Positions 42,340-55,012 of a DNA stretch of 64,000 nt are shown in pieces. Position 1 is the first letter of the stretch. Each line of letters starts with the position of its first letter. The notes beneath the pieces were generated by a model. It was not told where the DNA came from. It saw nothing but the letters and a program-made list of their open reading frames with translations, and made no database searches. Source of the stretch: Eledone cirrhosa (lineage: Eukaryota); contig OZ024743.1 of the NCBI GenBank assembly GCA_964016885.1, positions 378,262,001 to 378,326,000 on the forward strand, in the 5' to 3' direction. The position numbers and the translations under genes were made by a program.

Positions 42340-43505
42340 CCAGAAAACTTCAATATTGCGACCTTCAATGTAGGCACCATGAAAGGAAGATCAGGTGAGA
42401 TCACAGAAATGTTAGAGCAAGGGAGAGTGAACATATGTTGCGTAAAACAGAATAGGTGGAGAGGAGGATCAGCTAGATTTCTTGTTGTTAAAGAACAACA
42501 TTACAAATTTTTCTAGGTGGGTAATGATAACGGGCTACAGGGAGTAGGTATTCTGTTAGCAGAAAAATGGATAGATAATGTAATTACAGTACATAGAGTA
42601 AATGACAGAATCATTAAACTCAGGCAGATCCTTGGTAGAATAACTGTAACTATTATATCTGCATATGCATCACAATTGAGACTATCAGACAAATTAAAAG
42701 ATGACTTTTACGAATCCCTCATGCAGACATCTATAGTGGTTGACAAGGAACTCTTAATTATGGCAGGAGACTTTGAAGGAGATGTTGGACAACACAGTGA
42801 TGGCTTTGACGAGATCCTCGGGGGTTATTAGTTTGGTGCTAGAAATGAGGAAAGATCCAGGCTCCTAGAATTCTGCGATGCTAATGAAGTAATGATCTGC
42901 AACACTAACTTCAAAAAACTAGCCAACCACTTGATCATCTATAGATCAGGTGAGCACACCAGCCAAATAGATTTCATCCTCACCAGATGGCAAGATAGGG
43001 CGATGGTAGTAACCTGATGAGGAATGCTCTTCCCAACATAATCTTGTAGTTAGTGATTTATTTATTAGAGTTAGATGAACTAGGAGACCAAGAACAATCT
43101 GGAGAAGAAGGATATGGATGTTGAAGGAGCCCTTAGCCTGTAACAAATTTAGGAATATCCTACTTGATGTTTTTAACAATAAGGAAGAAATAGCGACATA
43201 CAATTTAGAGTTCCTGAGAGATAGGCCAGAATTCTCTCACCTCTTCCTGTTCAAACCGGTTGTTGCCGGCCACTCATACTGATGTTAAGGTATTGTTCTC
43301 AAAATAAATAATATCAAATCACACAGATTCGATATTATGTGAGATAATTATGTGAGGTAAAGCCATTTCTGTGAAAATATAGTAAATATAGAGTAATGTA
43401 AATGCTAAAGGGTTAAGGCCAAGAAAGAATGACAAAACGGGGGAAGCAGAGAACTTTACCAAGAGGCCAGGAGTGAGGCTAGGCGACGCGGTTCGCCTAA
43501 CCGAG
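42340..43505 (+). pseudogene. Degraded RTE apurinic endonuclease (APE/EEP) region
   Basis: IATFNVGTM, GVGILL, VNDRII, IISAYA, MAGDF, RNEERSRLLEFC, ICNTNF, SQIDFIL, SQHNLVV; stops at 42514 and 42829; resumes GGSRELYQEARSEARR after the MITE. Confidence 0.88.
43224..43412. mobile_element. piggyBac-like MITE fragment ending AAAGGG|TTAA
   Basis: Homologous to 60560-60732 (ggccactcatactgatgttaag...agtaaatatagagtaatgtaaatg); GGG|TTAA terminus; only one end recognisable. Confidence 0.55.
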
Positions 43506-43907
43506 ATAACAAGTGATGCTGGTGAGGGCGCTTGAGCCTTGCCATCACCCGAGCTAACGCTGCGAGTGTGCTTGCTTCAAAAATTATTAGAGAGGTTTCC
43601 CAGATATTGTTATCTTTTGCTCTGGCAGTGGCTCGTTTGTCTACCTCTTTCGCCTGCCTTTTGTTGTACATGGTCCATATCTATTTTAGAAATCTAACAG
43701 CTTCAAGGGACCACGGTGACACGTTTACCATTTCGAAGCAAGTGGATTGATAAAACTTTGCAAGTAAAATCTGCTTCGTGTACGTTCTTCGTTATATGCC
43801 TTACCATCCAACATTTGATAATGTGGGTGTTCTGAGAATTTGTATTTCGTTAAATTTTATCCCTTTTTTTATAATTTCCCGGTGGTATGCGGATGTTATA
43901 TATAAAC

Positions 43908-44191
43908 GTGGTTGGTGTTAGGAAGGGCAACCAGTAGTCATAAAAACCCAGCCTAAAAGCGGTCCCATGAGTAAGGTACGGTGCGGCCAACTGGCCAGAA
44001 TCTCCTCATAACGGGACCACCCAGTTCCACATTGTAAAGGTGTTAGGAAGGGCATCCATCTGTAAAAAAAAACCCAACCAAAATAAAGTTCATTTTAAGC
44101 AAGATTCGGCGTAGTCAACTTGCCAGACTTGTCTAACATGGACGACCCGTCTAATTCATGCAAGCGTGAAAAAATAGACGCTAAAAGGTGA

Positions 44192-44195
<4 letters not shown>
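43908..44195 (+). mobile_element. RTE-type 3' tail (LINE remnant or RTE-dependent SINE tail)
   Basis: ggttggtgttaggaagggca...acccgtcta...catgcaagcgtg...gacgctaaa...gatgat followed by (TA)n. Confidence 0.7.
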
Positions 44196-44236
<41 letters not shown>

Positions 44237-44483
44237 ATAGGTAAAATAACGTTACAAATGGGAGTGAAAATATAAACACATGATATATACAAAGCATATA
44301 AATAAATTTAGAGTAGAATAACATAACAAATGTTTTAAATATATACAGCCGCAATAAAGCAGATGCCAATATTTATTTACACACACATTATATACATGTA
44401 TAAATAACACACACCACACATATATAAATACATACACATTATATATGAATTATATCGTGGAAAGTTTACTACACACATGTATG

Positions 44484-44528
<45 letters not shown>

Positions 44529-44728
44529 ATAATAATAAATTTGCTTAAACTTTAATCTGTTATTTTAATAAATATATATATAACGAAGGAAATGTGGTAA
44601 GGAACCAGGTGGACCATAACGCACCAAAGTACTCAATACTTAGGGTAGTAGAATGGGTAATAGGAACCAGTAAGACCAGAATTAGCCGTCGAAACGGCTT
44701 GTGCTCAGCCGTCGGGGTCTTACCGGTT

Positions 44729-44820
<92 letters not shown>

Positions 44821-46632
44821 ATAAGGGTTTAGATCGATATTGATGGACGAAATTGTTTAAATATTCTTCAAATATTCTTTAAAGTGATGAATAACTAGAC
44901 TCCTCCTGACTTAGCCTTAATAAAGATAAAGAATGTGTGTATATATATATATATATATATATGTGTGTTTTTATTACACACATGTGTGTAATAAACTTCT
45001 CAAGATATAATTTAATCATATCTGCCTTTGTAGTTTTGTCCATGGGGCGTAGCCACTACACCGCTCTGCCCCCAAGCCCAGAGCCCATCACTCTCTCCCC
45101 TTCCCCTTTTTCTGTGACACAAGAGTCCTTGCCCCCAACACTTTTCCTCTCATTTAAGGCATTTATAGGCCTTTCTTCTACTTTCCTATAGTCAGATCTG
45201 CCCTTTTTTTCTCATTACTTAATTTTGTATTTATCTTTTTCATATAAATGGAATTATCAATGGCTTTTAAGCCAACTTTGTGAGTGAAACATGTATAGAG
45301 AATAAACATATATTTAAATTTCATCATTATATAAAACGCAGGCAATCATGTAGAATTTATAACTATATTCTAAGAGATATTTCTCGTGTCTGATGCAAAG
45401 AAGTTAGATGGTACGGTATGTATGTACTGGATATTTTAATATGGTATAGTGTGTGAGAGATATAACAAAGATAGCATGTGTGATAAACGTGTGTGTGTGT
45501 GTGTCGAATTTCTCAATCAATACAAAAAATGCCACATCAATCTGGCTAATATGTAGACGAAGACAGAAAATAGAAGGAAACAAGAACGGCGTCAGATTTA
45601 AACACTTACTTGTAGTTGGTTAAAATCATCTTATTAATGACAATAATCAAAAACGAACAAATTCCATAGCCTAAAGCAGATAATATTCGGTATCTAACGG
45701 GCACCCCGTCTGCTGGATTTGGCGTCATTTTGAAGTTGGATGTGAGGAAAATTGAATAAGTAAAATAATTAAATAAAAGTTTGTGTTTGTTGTTTGTTAT
45801 AAAAACTAAGGGAGAACGATGTCAATCCAGCTGGCACATTATTTAGCCGGATACGTTTCAAGTTATCTCCCTTGCACGAATGTCTCTTTCACAAATTACT
45901 CTTTAAATGAAATATATTTTATTAATTAAGTGATATTTTTTCTAATATATTTTTCTTAACAGTGTTTTAACTTAAAAAATGATTCAATAAAATACTTTAC
46001 AAAATATTTCCGTATTTATTAAATAAAGAGTTATTTAATAAGAGTTAAATATTATTATCCAAGGGAAAATGTTGATGTCACGAATCGGTTAAAAATAATA
46101 GGAATCATTTAAGAGTTAGTTTTATGTTATAAAGAAGAAGAAAAGTCTAAAATTCCGGGCTGAAGCAACCGCCGTCGGAGAGATGTACTTTGTTTTTTAT
46201 TAAATACTGCTCAATTAATTTTATATAATGCCAATGTCTTTTTATGACATTGTGAGATTTTGTATATTGAATAAATTTCAGTAGTATTAGTGTAGGCATA
46301 GATTATCAAGTTATTTTGAAGAAAATATACAATGGAATTACGGAGAGATAGAGGGGGGAGAGAGAAGCGGAGATACTGAAATAAGAGAGAGAGGTATTAG
46401 TTGAAAGAGAGGAAAAGGTAAAGGCGATGAAAATGAAATATATAAATATATGTGTATATATTTATATATTTAATAATAAATGCTCGGATTTATTCCTAAG
46501 AATCTTTCTTGGAGCTTCTACAGGTGGTATGACGCATATCTGAGATTTTCTCAGACATGACATCTATATTTTTGTTAGTAATATGTATATGTATAAATTT
46601 ATTTAGCACACCACATATACATACATATATAT

Positions 46633-46715
<83 letters not shown>

Positions 46716-47033
46716 CATAAATACTAACTAACACACAATAACTGAAGTAAACTATTTCATCTGTATATCACAGAACATATATAAAATGAAGGAAGTTAAC
46801 CCGGATTGTACAAATATACGCACACACATACATGCATACATACATACATATACACACACGTATGTCTGTATAAATGTATACGTGTGTATGAACATAGGCG
46901 CTTTAAAAATGACTTTAAAAATGCTCATCCTAAAAAGTAAATAGATATAACAAAGAAAACGCGCGTAACAGATCGATACACAATAAATATTTTCCTTATG
47001 TAAACGAAACTTCGTTTTTTCTATTATATATAT

Positions 47034-47120
47034 GTTATGCGCGTTTCGCAGAGGATTGGCTCAAGGTAACCTGTATGGGTCATAAACCCGACTCCAGTAT
47101 CGATCTGCTCGTCAGACTGG
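47034..47120 (-). ncRNA. Candidate minimal type I hammerhead ribozyme
   Basis: Minus strand CUGACGA-GCAGA...UCUGC-GAAA-CGCGCA-UA; intact core and 5-bp stem II, but stem I only ~2 bp. Confidence 0.5.
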
Positions 47121-47444
47121 TGATGTGACAAAAAATATTTTTTCTTGTGTAAACGAAACTCTCGTTTTTTCTATTATATACACTCTGCTTGCGCATAGAG
47201 TGCTTAGTTTGGTACCAGTACCAGTATTTCACTGTAATACCCATACTCGCTTTCTCTCCCTTTATATATAAGAGATATATTAGATATGTCTCATTTGAAA
47301 TAATACAGCCAATTTTCCATGCAATACTTTTAGTTAGCACCCTGAACACATAATTGGGAATATAATCACTTATTTCCTAATGTTTGTTGAGTGAGTTGGA
47401 ATTTGGCCGGAGTATCGCTAAAAAGCTTTCTCCGATATTGTATT

Positions 47445-47516
<72 letters not shown>

Positions 47517-47520
<4 letters not shown>

Positions 47521-48712
47521 AATTCCAAACCTGGAAGCAGGGACTAGAGAGAAAGGGCCTCAAAGTCAACATGACAAAGACTAAGGTCCTTGTAAGTAGA
47601 CGAGAAAACAGAACCCAGATCCCCTCAGGGAAATGGCCCTGCTCAGTATGTAGGAAAGGTGTAGGTAGGAACTCCATTCTCTGCCCCAAATGCAAACAAT
47701 GGGTACACAAGAGATGTAGCGGGATCTCAGGAAGCTTAATTAAGAATGTAGGATTCACATGCAGCAGCTGTGCTGAAACAGCAAGCAAACAGCCACAGGA
47801 AACAAGTACCACCAATCTCTGGGAGGGCCCTGTAGAAACAGTAGACAGCTTCTGCTACCTAGGTGACCGAATTAGCAACGGAGGTGGGTGCTCAGAAAGT
47901 ACAATAACTAGGGTAAGAACGGGATGGAAGAAGTTTAGGGAACTACTACCACTGCTAGCTGCAAAAGGCTTCTCCCTCAGAATGAAAGGCAGACTGTATG
48001 ATGCGTGTATCCGAACAGCGATGTTGCATGGTAGTGAGACCTGGGCGCTGAAGGTGGAAAACTTACGAAGATTAGAGAGAAACGAAGCTTGCATGCTCCG
48101 ATGGATGTGTAACAGTAATATACGTGAACGACAAAGCATAAAGGAATTGAGAGAGAGACTGAGCATAAGAGGAATCAAATGCTGCGTGCAGGAGAGGCGG
48201 TTACGCTGGTATGGACATGTGATGCGTATGAAGGATGACAGCTGCATAAAAAGGTGCAGAGCACTAGAAGTTGATGGAAACCGCGGAGTGGGGAGACCCA
48301 AGATGACTTGGGATGAGGTGATAAAAGCCGACCTTACCCAACTACACCTCTCAAAGTCAATGACACACGACCGTGACTTCTGGCCTCACGCAGTAATACA
48401 GGGTACCTGACCTCCCATGGGTACATGCTGAAGCATATAAACAATATGCCCCCACTCCCCCCACCGCAAGGTGGTCGTGGAGGTGCCACGGCAAAAAAGC
48501 ACCCAGCCCACACTGTAAAGTGGACGTGTAGGCGCCACGAAAAAGCACCCAGCACTCACTGTAAATGAGGTTGGTGTTAGGAAGGGCATCCAGCTGTAGA
48601 AATCAAGCCAGATCAGTTCCTGTATGAGCAAGGCATGGTCAGCCGACCAGACACTGCCCACAACAGGACAACCCGTCTAACCCATGCTAGCGTGGAAGAA
48701 CGGACGTAAAAT
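47517..48712 (+). mobile_element. RTE LINE (second subfamily), 5'-truncated at a (TA)n tract
   Basis: KFQTWKQGLE...KTKVL...PHD-type finger...FCYLG...LHGSETW...RLRWYGHV; 3'UTR repeats and ggacgtaaaatg end. Confidence 0.93.
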
Positions 48713-49014
48713 GTCTGTGTGGCACATTGAACAATTGCTGCTGGAGCACATATTATCTGCACTTGCCTGATATGCTACACAGACTGCTACTGCACACCTA
48801 CATGGTTTACAAGATCAAATGTGACAATTGCACATACGAATCAAGGAGCAAATCCGCACTAGAAACTCATCCTTTTGGAAACACCACCAGATGTGGAAAC
48901 AAGAACAAGGAGACTCACTGTCACAGTGCTAGCAACAGAATGCAACACTGGAACTCTAAGGATCAAGGAAAAACATTTGATCAAATGACTGGAACCACCA
49001 ATCAACAACAGATC

Positions 49015-49302
49015 GGGTAAGGGAGACATCAATGGTGGTTTATCAACATAACAGGTGGGGGGAAATATTAATGGTCGTTTATTAACATAGATGGGGGGTA
49101 GGGGAGACATTAATGGCGGTATATCAAATGGTGGTGGGGGGTTGCAGGAGACATTGGTATTGGTTTATCAACACAGCAGGAGGAGGGAAAGATATTAGTG
49201 TTGGTTTATCAACACAGCAGGTGGGGGGGGGGAGCAATATTAGTGCTGGTTTATCAACATAGCGGGTGGGGGGAGGACGATATTAGTGCTGGTTTATCAA
49301 CA
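49015..49302. repeat. Degenerate ~40-45 bp G-rich tandem repeat (about 7 units, core ggtttatcaaca)
   Basis: Core recurs near 49038, 49077, 49118, 49162, 49203, 49248 and 49291. Confidence 0.75.
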
Positions 49303-50200
49303 GGGAGAACATTTTGGATCAAAATAGAAAGGATTAAGAATAAGGCTAATAAAATCAACTCATGGTTTGATAGCAATAAATACCAGAGTGTTATGTTCAT
49401 CAATACAACCCCTAGAAGCGAATTAGCTTACAGATTTAGAAGGGCCCTAGAGAAGCTCAAATTAAATATTAAGATAGTTGAAAGACCAGGTATTCCCATA
49501 AAAACCCTAATTGGTAAAACATATCCATTTCAAAAATCCTCCTGTACTGATAGGAAATGCATAGTTTGCAAGCTAAGCCCACAAACTAACTGCAAAACTA
49601 GGAATGTTGTATATGGCATAAGATGTACTGAGGGACAGTGAAGAACATAACATAGATAGGTGAAACAATCAGTAGCATAGGAGAAACAATAAGTGAACCT
49701 GGCAAGAACTCCAAGATGGGAAAAACTCATCAGTACACCACCAACATGCTAAAATAGAACCTAAGGGTGCATTAGAAAACATAAAGATAAAAATCATATC
49801 CACACACACAGAAAAGATGCAATGCTCAGACAAATCACAGAGGCGACAAACATAAACGAACTCTAACCAAAATTAAACAGAAAACATGAGTGGAATAGCA
49901 ACATCACAACTAGTAATAAAGGACAAAATGAAGACATACAGACAAACTAACAAAACAAATCCGACACACACAGATAGAACAAACAACCAACTAGTGACAA
50001 ATAAACAAACACCTAAATAAATAAATAAAAAACACACACACACACCCGGATGTAAGGCATGCGCAAACTAAGCACACAACACACAAAAACAAGATGGAAG
50101 ACAGAACAAAGGAGACACAAAATAAAAATAAAAACCGAGTCACTGAGGAGGTCACAGAATGTGTGGCGAAAGAATTTTGACAATATATAAACAACCATCC
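49303..50200 (+). mobile_element. Penelope-like element 3' fragment (Cys-rich linker + GIY-YIG endonuclease pseudogene + tail)
   Basis: SVMFINTTPRSEL...KIVERPG...CTDRKCIVC...NCKTRNVVYGIRC, then YIGET (frameshifted) and MLRQITEATNINEL*PKLNRKHEW, the Penelope-type GIY-YIG signature. Confidence 0.82.
50139..50181 (+). ncRNA. Candidate minimal type I hammerhead ribozyme in the Penelope tail
   Basis: GUCA-CUGAGGA-G-GUCACA(gaaug)UGUGGC-GAAA-GAAU-UU-UGAC; stem I GUCA/UGAC; ~240 bp downstream of the GIY-YIG end. Confidence 0.55.
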
Positions 50201-50785
50201 GGTTATCAAACCAACCAACCAGAAATTTATAATAAATTGAAGTGAATACCAACAGGTGCATGTGTTTTTATTGGCAGCATGACCCTCCCAAAGTATAACA
50301 ATATCTGTTTCAACACACATTTTCAGATAAGAAATCACGCAAAACAAATTCAGAAACGAAGTATATATATAGATATATGTGTGTGTGTGTGTGTGTGTGT
50401 AAAAGGTAAACAGAAATAACAACACAATCGGTACAGTAGAGAGAGAGAGAGAGAGAGATGGTAGTAGCAGTCTCCCAGGAGAGCTAGACAGCAGGTCTTG
50501 AAACCCCCCCTCAAGCGAGTGCTTCGGCCCTTAACTTCTTCGACGGTCTTCTGCAATTTCTGACAATCGAATTCCACTCACGAAGCATTGGTCACTCCGA
50601 GGTTATAGTAGTAGACACTTGCTCGAAGTGCCACACCCCATTCTCCCAACAAACGGTATATCTTTCACTACACTATCCCATGCGTGTCTCCATTTTTTCT
50701 TTTTAGGATTTGAAGGAGATTCGGTTGCTATTTCTAGCAGGCTGGACGCCACATAGAAGCTCCTTCGTTGAGCCATACAGATATA

Positions 50786-51720
50786 ATTGTTTCTACTTTT
50801 GGCACAATGCCAGCAATTATCCTAGTGTATTACTGCCACTTTATTTATTGACCCCGTAAGGATGAAAGGCAAAGTTAACCTCGGCGGGATACATATAAGA
50901 TGAATAAAATTGTGAGAACTTATTTAAAAATTTGTTCTCACACGAAGTTTGAAATCTTCGTATCTGCAAGTTTCACTTTGTTTTCTCTCTTGTATTCATA
51001 CAAGGAGAGGGGCTGAGCTCCGCCAATTTTTTTAAAAAGGCCCAAGATACGATGAAATTCCATCACAAGTTACGAATCCATATATACAAAGATCCATCTT
51101 TCCCATTTATCTATGATTTGCAATTTGTTCTGACCCTTTACATTCAAATCCCGCTGAGATCAAGTTTGTATTTCATCCTTCATTGATTAAAAGAGAAATA
51201 GATACTTTCTTTTTGTAGCACAGTGAGCTGGGATGTTGGGCTCTTTGACATAAATTGAATTTAATCGAATGTTTCACGTTCTTTTTTTTTTATTAACAAT
51301 TTCTAATTTAGACACAGGCCAAAATCTGCGGGGAGGGAAACGCCGATTACATGACTGGTACTTTGATTTATTGATCCCAGAAGAATGAAAAGCACAGTTG
51401 ACCTCGAATAGATTTGAACTTAGAATGTATATAGTCATAACATATAGCAAAGCATTTCGCCTGACTCTTTACCTATCTACCACTTTTTTCTTTCGATTTG
51501 ACCATTCTTTCTAACATTTGGCACAAGACCAGTGATTAGAGGGATAGTAGATATTGATTATAACGACCCCAGTATTTAACTGGTACTTTATTTTATCAAC
51601 CTTAGAAGGATGAAAGGCAAAGTTAACTCTGGCGGGATTTGAACTCAGCTCAGAACGTAAAGAGTCGGAATTAAATTGCAAATTATTTTGTTCGATGGTC
51701 TAATTATTCTGCCAATCCAC
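50786..51720 (-). mobile_element. Cluster of SINE family B copies (mostly minus: ~50786-50890, 51293-51480, 51502-51720; short plus piece ~51130-51190)
   Basis: Recurrent ggatgaaaggcaaagttaac...ggatttgaactc and actggtactttattttatc. Confidence 0.75.
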
Positions 51721-51804
51721 TTCTAACAACAGATTGCAGAAGAGGCCACCGTTGGTATTAGAAGTGAGAGTAAGAGTTTAATGTTAACCCTACTTTCTCT
51801 TTAG

Positions 51805-51936
51805 CTGAGTTATCCAATCAGCTTGTGGTACCTCTGTATGGTCAGTGATAATCTAGATAAGGAGAGTAATTAAGACATACTTTTATGGATTGTGGCGGGA
51901 AACACATTGTAACTTTTCCCCTCCTCATATGTAAGT
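51805..51936 (+). other. Possible non-coding 5' exon of the brat-like gene
   Basis: Acceptor-like ttctctttag (ends 51804), CCAAT at 51814, consensus donor GTAAGT at 51931; no transcript evidence. Confidence 0.2.
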
Positions 51937-52928
51937 AAGACTTTATATTAATATTGCTTGACTTTATTGCATTGCAAGGACATAGGGAAAACTACGGAGT
52001 TAGTCTCCCGTCCTCGTTGCCATCTTCACCAATTTCTCTTAAGTTTAATTTAGCTTAAATTACCGCAGTTCCATAACTGAAATGTTATTCCGGTTTCACA
52101 ATTGTCTTTGTTTCCAGACCATGTTCATGTGGACGAAATTTTTCTCTATAAATGTTACAAGTTAAGTTTCGAGGAAAGGTTTGTTGTTTAAATCTTTTAA
52201 CTGATTGTATAAATTCAAGTTTCAGTATATATATATATATATATATATAAACCGGGTATATAAGCAAATACATGACTACTGGATACTCTTAACTACATTG
52301 ATAAAAAAAATGTTTTGCTCTGATATATTTACATAAACTTGGTAAACACATCCGTTTTTATTTAAATTTAACAGCTGTTGTAATATGTGTTCTTAGTGGA
52401 AGTTTCCTTTTATCTTAAATTTTGAACACCTTGTTTGTTCTTTAAAGAGCAAAGCTATTAAATGCTATTTAAAATGACTTGTTTTAGAAAATAAAACCGT
52501 ATAACTTCCAATATAAACTGACAGTGTTTAAAATTTTATAACATGCTATAAATCTATTGAAATTTCTAATTCCTATTGTTTGTTGTAAAACCCCTCGATG
52601 TTTAATTTCGAAATTTAACGATTCACAACATTTAATTCGGTTATTTTAATTGTAGTGCATCCAGTATTGTTTTGTCACTTTCAAGTCTGGAAAGATCTAG
52701 AACGTTTTAACAAAGACTTTTTTTTTTTTTTAACGTGGATGAGGTTTCGTTTTAGACATATATGCAGACAAAATAAAAGTACCTGCTTTTTATTTTTTTA
52801 ACTCGCCTGTGAGATGGGTGTAATAATAAAAATAAAGTTATAGGTAGGTAGTTGATAGTTTGGTTAGAAATTTAAAGGCGAAATTATTTGTGCGTTTTGA
52901 ACGAATATAGCTTTCAAGACTCTAAAAT

Positions 52929-52979
<51 letters not shown>

Positions 52980-53396
52980 CTTTCTTCTCTGGTTCCTCAC
53001 TCGAGAAGTCCTTAATATCTGTCTCAGAGATTGGTCTAATAATATTTCCTAAAGTAAAGGTGACATATGTCGCTAAGACTTACCTAAGAATATGTAGTTC
53101 ACAAGAGGTTTCAATTTGAGCAACCGTGAACATTGTCAATGAAAAGTTTAACATGCATATTTTATGACTAAAAACATGGTGAAATACGTCTGCCATTAAA
53201 AAAACCCAAAAAACTAAGATGCAGAATTTTTCAACTTGTTTGCAACTTAATTTCATGATTTCGACTTAGACACGAGTGATGTCACCCCACCACCACGTCG
53301 TAGCTTCCAACACGTGGTGCAGCAAGAATATTTCCTTTTTTTTTTTCTTTCCCTTTAATTTAATTAAAACCTATCAATTTCAGTGGGAGAATGTCA

Positions 53397-53650
53397 TTTA
53401 CCACAACCTCGGGTGGACCAATGTCTTGTGAGTGAGCCTGGGTAGACGGAGACGGTTTGGAAGTTCGCTATATAGATTGCGCCAGTAATTCCAAGAGCCA
53501 GCTTGTCGCACATTGTCATGCTGTATCTCCCTTGGAATTATGTTAAGGGTACACACGCCTGTGGAATGTCCAACCACTTGTACTTTAATTACATGAGCAT
53601 GCTGTTCCATTGATCGAACTGGAATACTCATCGTTGAAAACCCACGTAGG
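53397..53650. mobile_element. SINE body fragments
   Basis: cctcgggtggaccaatgtcttgtgagtg...ggtagacgg resembles the minus copy at 50570-50640; the downstream part resembles 61330-61410. Confidence 0.5.
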
Positions 53651-54407
53651 TCCATTCCAACAGTTCACTTTTTCTGCCTGTCATTAGATGGACATGTTCG
53701 CTGGAGCTGGATCGTTAACAAAGTGTCTACCATTGTTGGTAGTGGCTCATTTAACTGATATCTTAGGTTGCCTAAAACACTAAAATATTCCCTGCTGCAG
53801 TGTGTGTGACTGAGGGATGTGTGCGTGTCTTTCCTTGCTTTTCTTTAACATTTTTAATTTGTTTCCGTTGTAAATCGGTGTTTATCTAACACGTATTTAA
53901 ATACTTGAGTTCTAATTAGCAATGTAATCAGACTAAAACACTTATTGTACAAGCCTCTTATTAAATGTACTAAGGCAGCGATTCTGCAAAGTTATTTAGG
54001 GCGACTCCGGCTCTCCGGGCTTTTCATCATCTCTGGGTCAATAAGTACGAATTCAATAATGTGTCACTCTTTTTTCTTTATCTTTCAGGGATGGTTGTCA
54101 TTGCGTTACCGCAAAAAAAACAAAAACAAAAAAAAAAACAAAAAACAAAAAATTAAATATATATTTATATATAGCCATAAACAGAGCGAACGAAAGAGGG
54201 TGGGGTTCATCGATTTGTTGGTGTTAGTTACCATTACGAATTCTTTCTATATTAAGTTTCACGTATCTCTTTAACATCACGTTGGTAGATGAAAGATTCG
54301 TTCACTCGTAACTCTTCTGAAAATTTGGCACACAAACACCGGATGTTGGTTTGACTTTAGTTGATATAGAATGACCCTCTCCATTTTTTTTATTTTTATT
54401 TTTTATT

Positions 54408-54595
54408 ATCCATCATCGTTAACGTCATTTTCCACACTAGCATGGGTGAGACGGGTTTGTCTCTTTAGAGGCAAGTTGGTTTGGGTGACTGTTTCGCTCA
54501 TATAGAACTTTCTGGTTAGACTTCTACGGCTGGATGCCCTTTCCTAATGCCAACCACACTTAGTGTGCTGGGTGCTTTTTGCTGTCTCCTACGCG
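54408..54595 (-). mobile_element. RTE-type 3' tail fragment
   Basis: catcatcgttaacgtc...catgggtgagacggg...ctacggctggatgccct matches RTE 3' ends at 4258 and 12780. Confidence 0.75.
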
Positions 54596-54819
54596 ACCTT
54601 TATTTGTAAATTTTCATCTTTTTCTGTGTGTATATTTGTAATGAAGTTTTAATCCTTGCAAATAAAATATACTTAACATTTCAAATCAAAATGATTTTAT
54701 ATAAAAAGCTCATGTTACAACAACAAAAAATTGAAATATCCACGCTAAAATGAAACTTATTTAGGTAAGCTATTTACGTTTAATATCGTAAAATCTTCAC
54801 CCACTTATTCCTGAGAGAG

Positions 54820-55012
54820 AGGGTCGTAGGGGCGGGTCCTGTCAGAAGCAACCGCATACAACTGATCCAGCTGGATCCTCAAGCGAGACCAGCCAAGCGC
54901 ATGGATGTTATCCAACCATCTTACTTGAGGTCTATCCCTGGGTCTCTTGCTGGTTGGTTTTTGTCCGTAAAACCTGTCTCGTGATTCTTTCCTGAGACAT
55001 TCTAACTCCATT
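54820..55012 (-). mobile_element. 3' coding fragment of a different RTE-like LINE family
   Basis: KRPRDRPQVRWLDNIHALGWSRLRI...VASDR; overlapping homolog on + at 62470-62562. Confidence 0.6.

Noticed and set aside
45540-45860. brat promoter or first exon in a CpG-containing unique stretch
   Set aside because: No decisive motif; cannot be supported without transcript data.
42340-48712. One full-length RTE made of the APE piece plus the 47517 RT piece
   Set aside because: The APE part is far more decayed, the core RT is missing, and a separate 3' tail lies between them; these are independent insertions.
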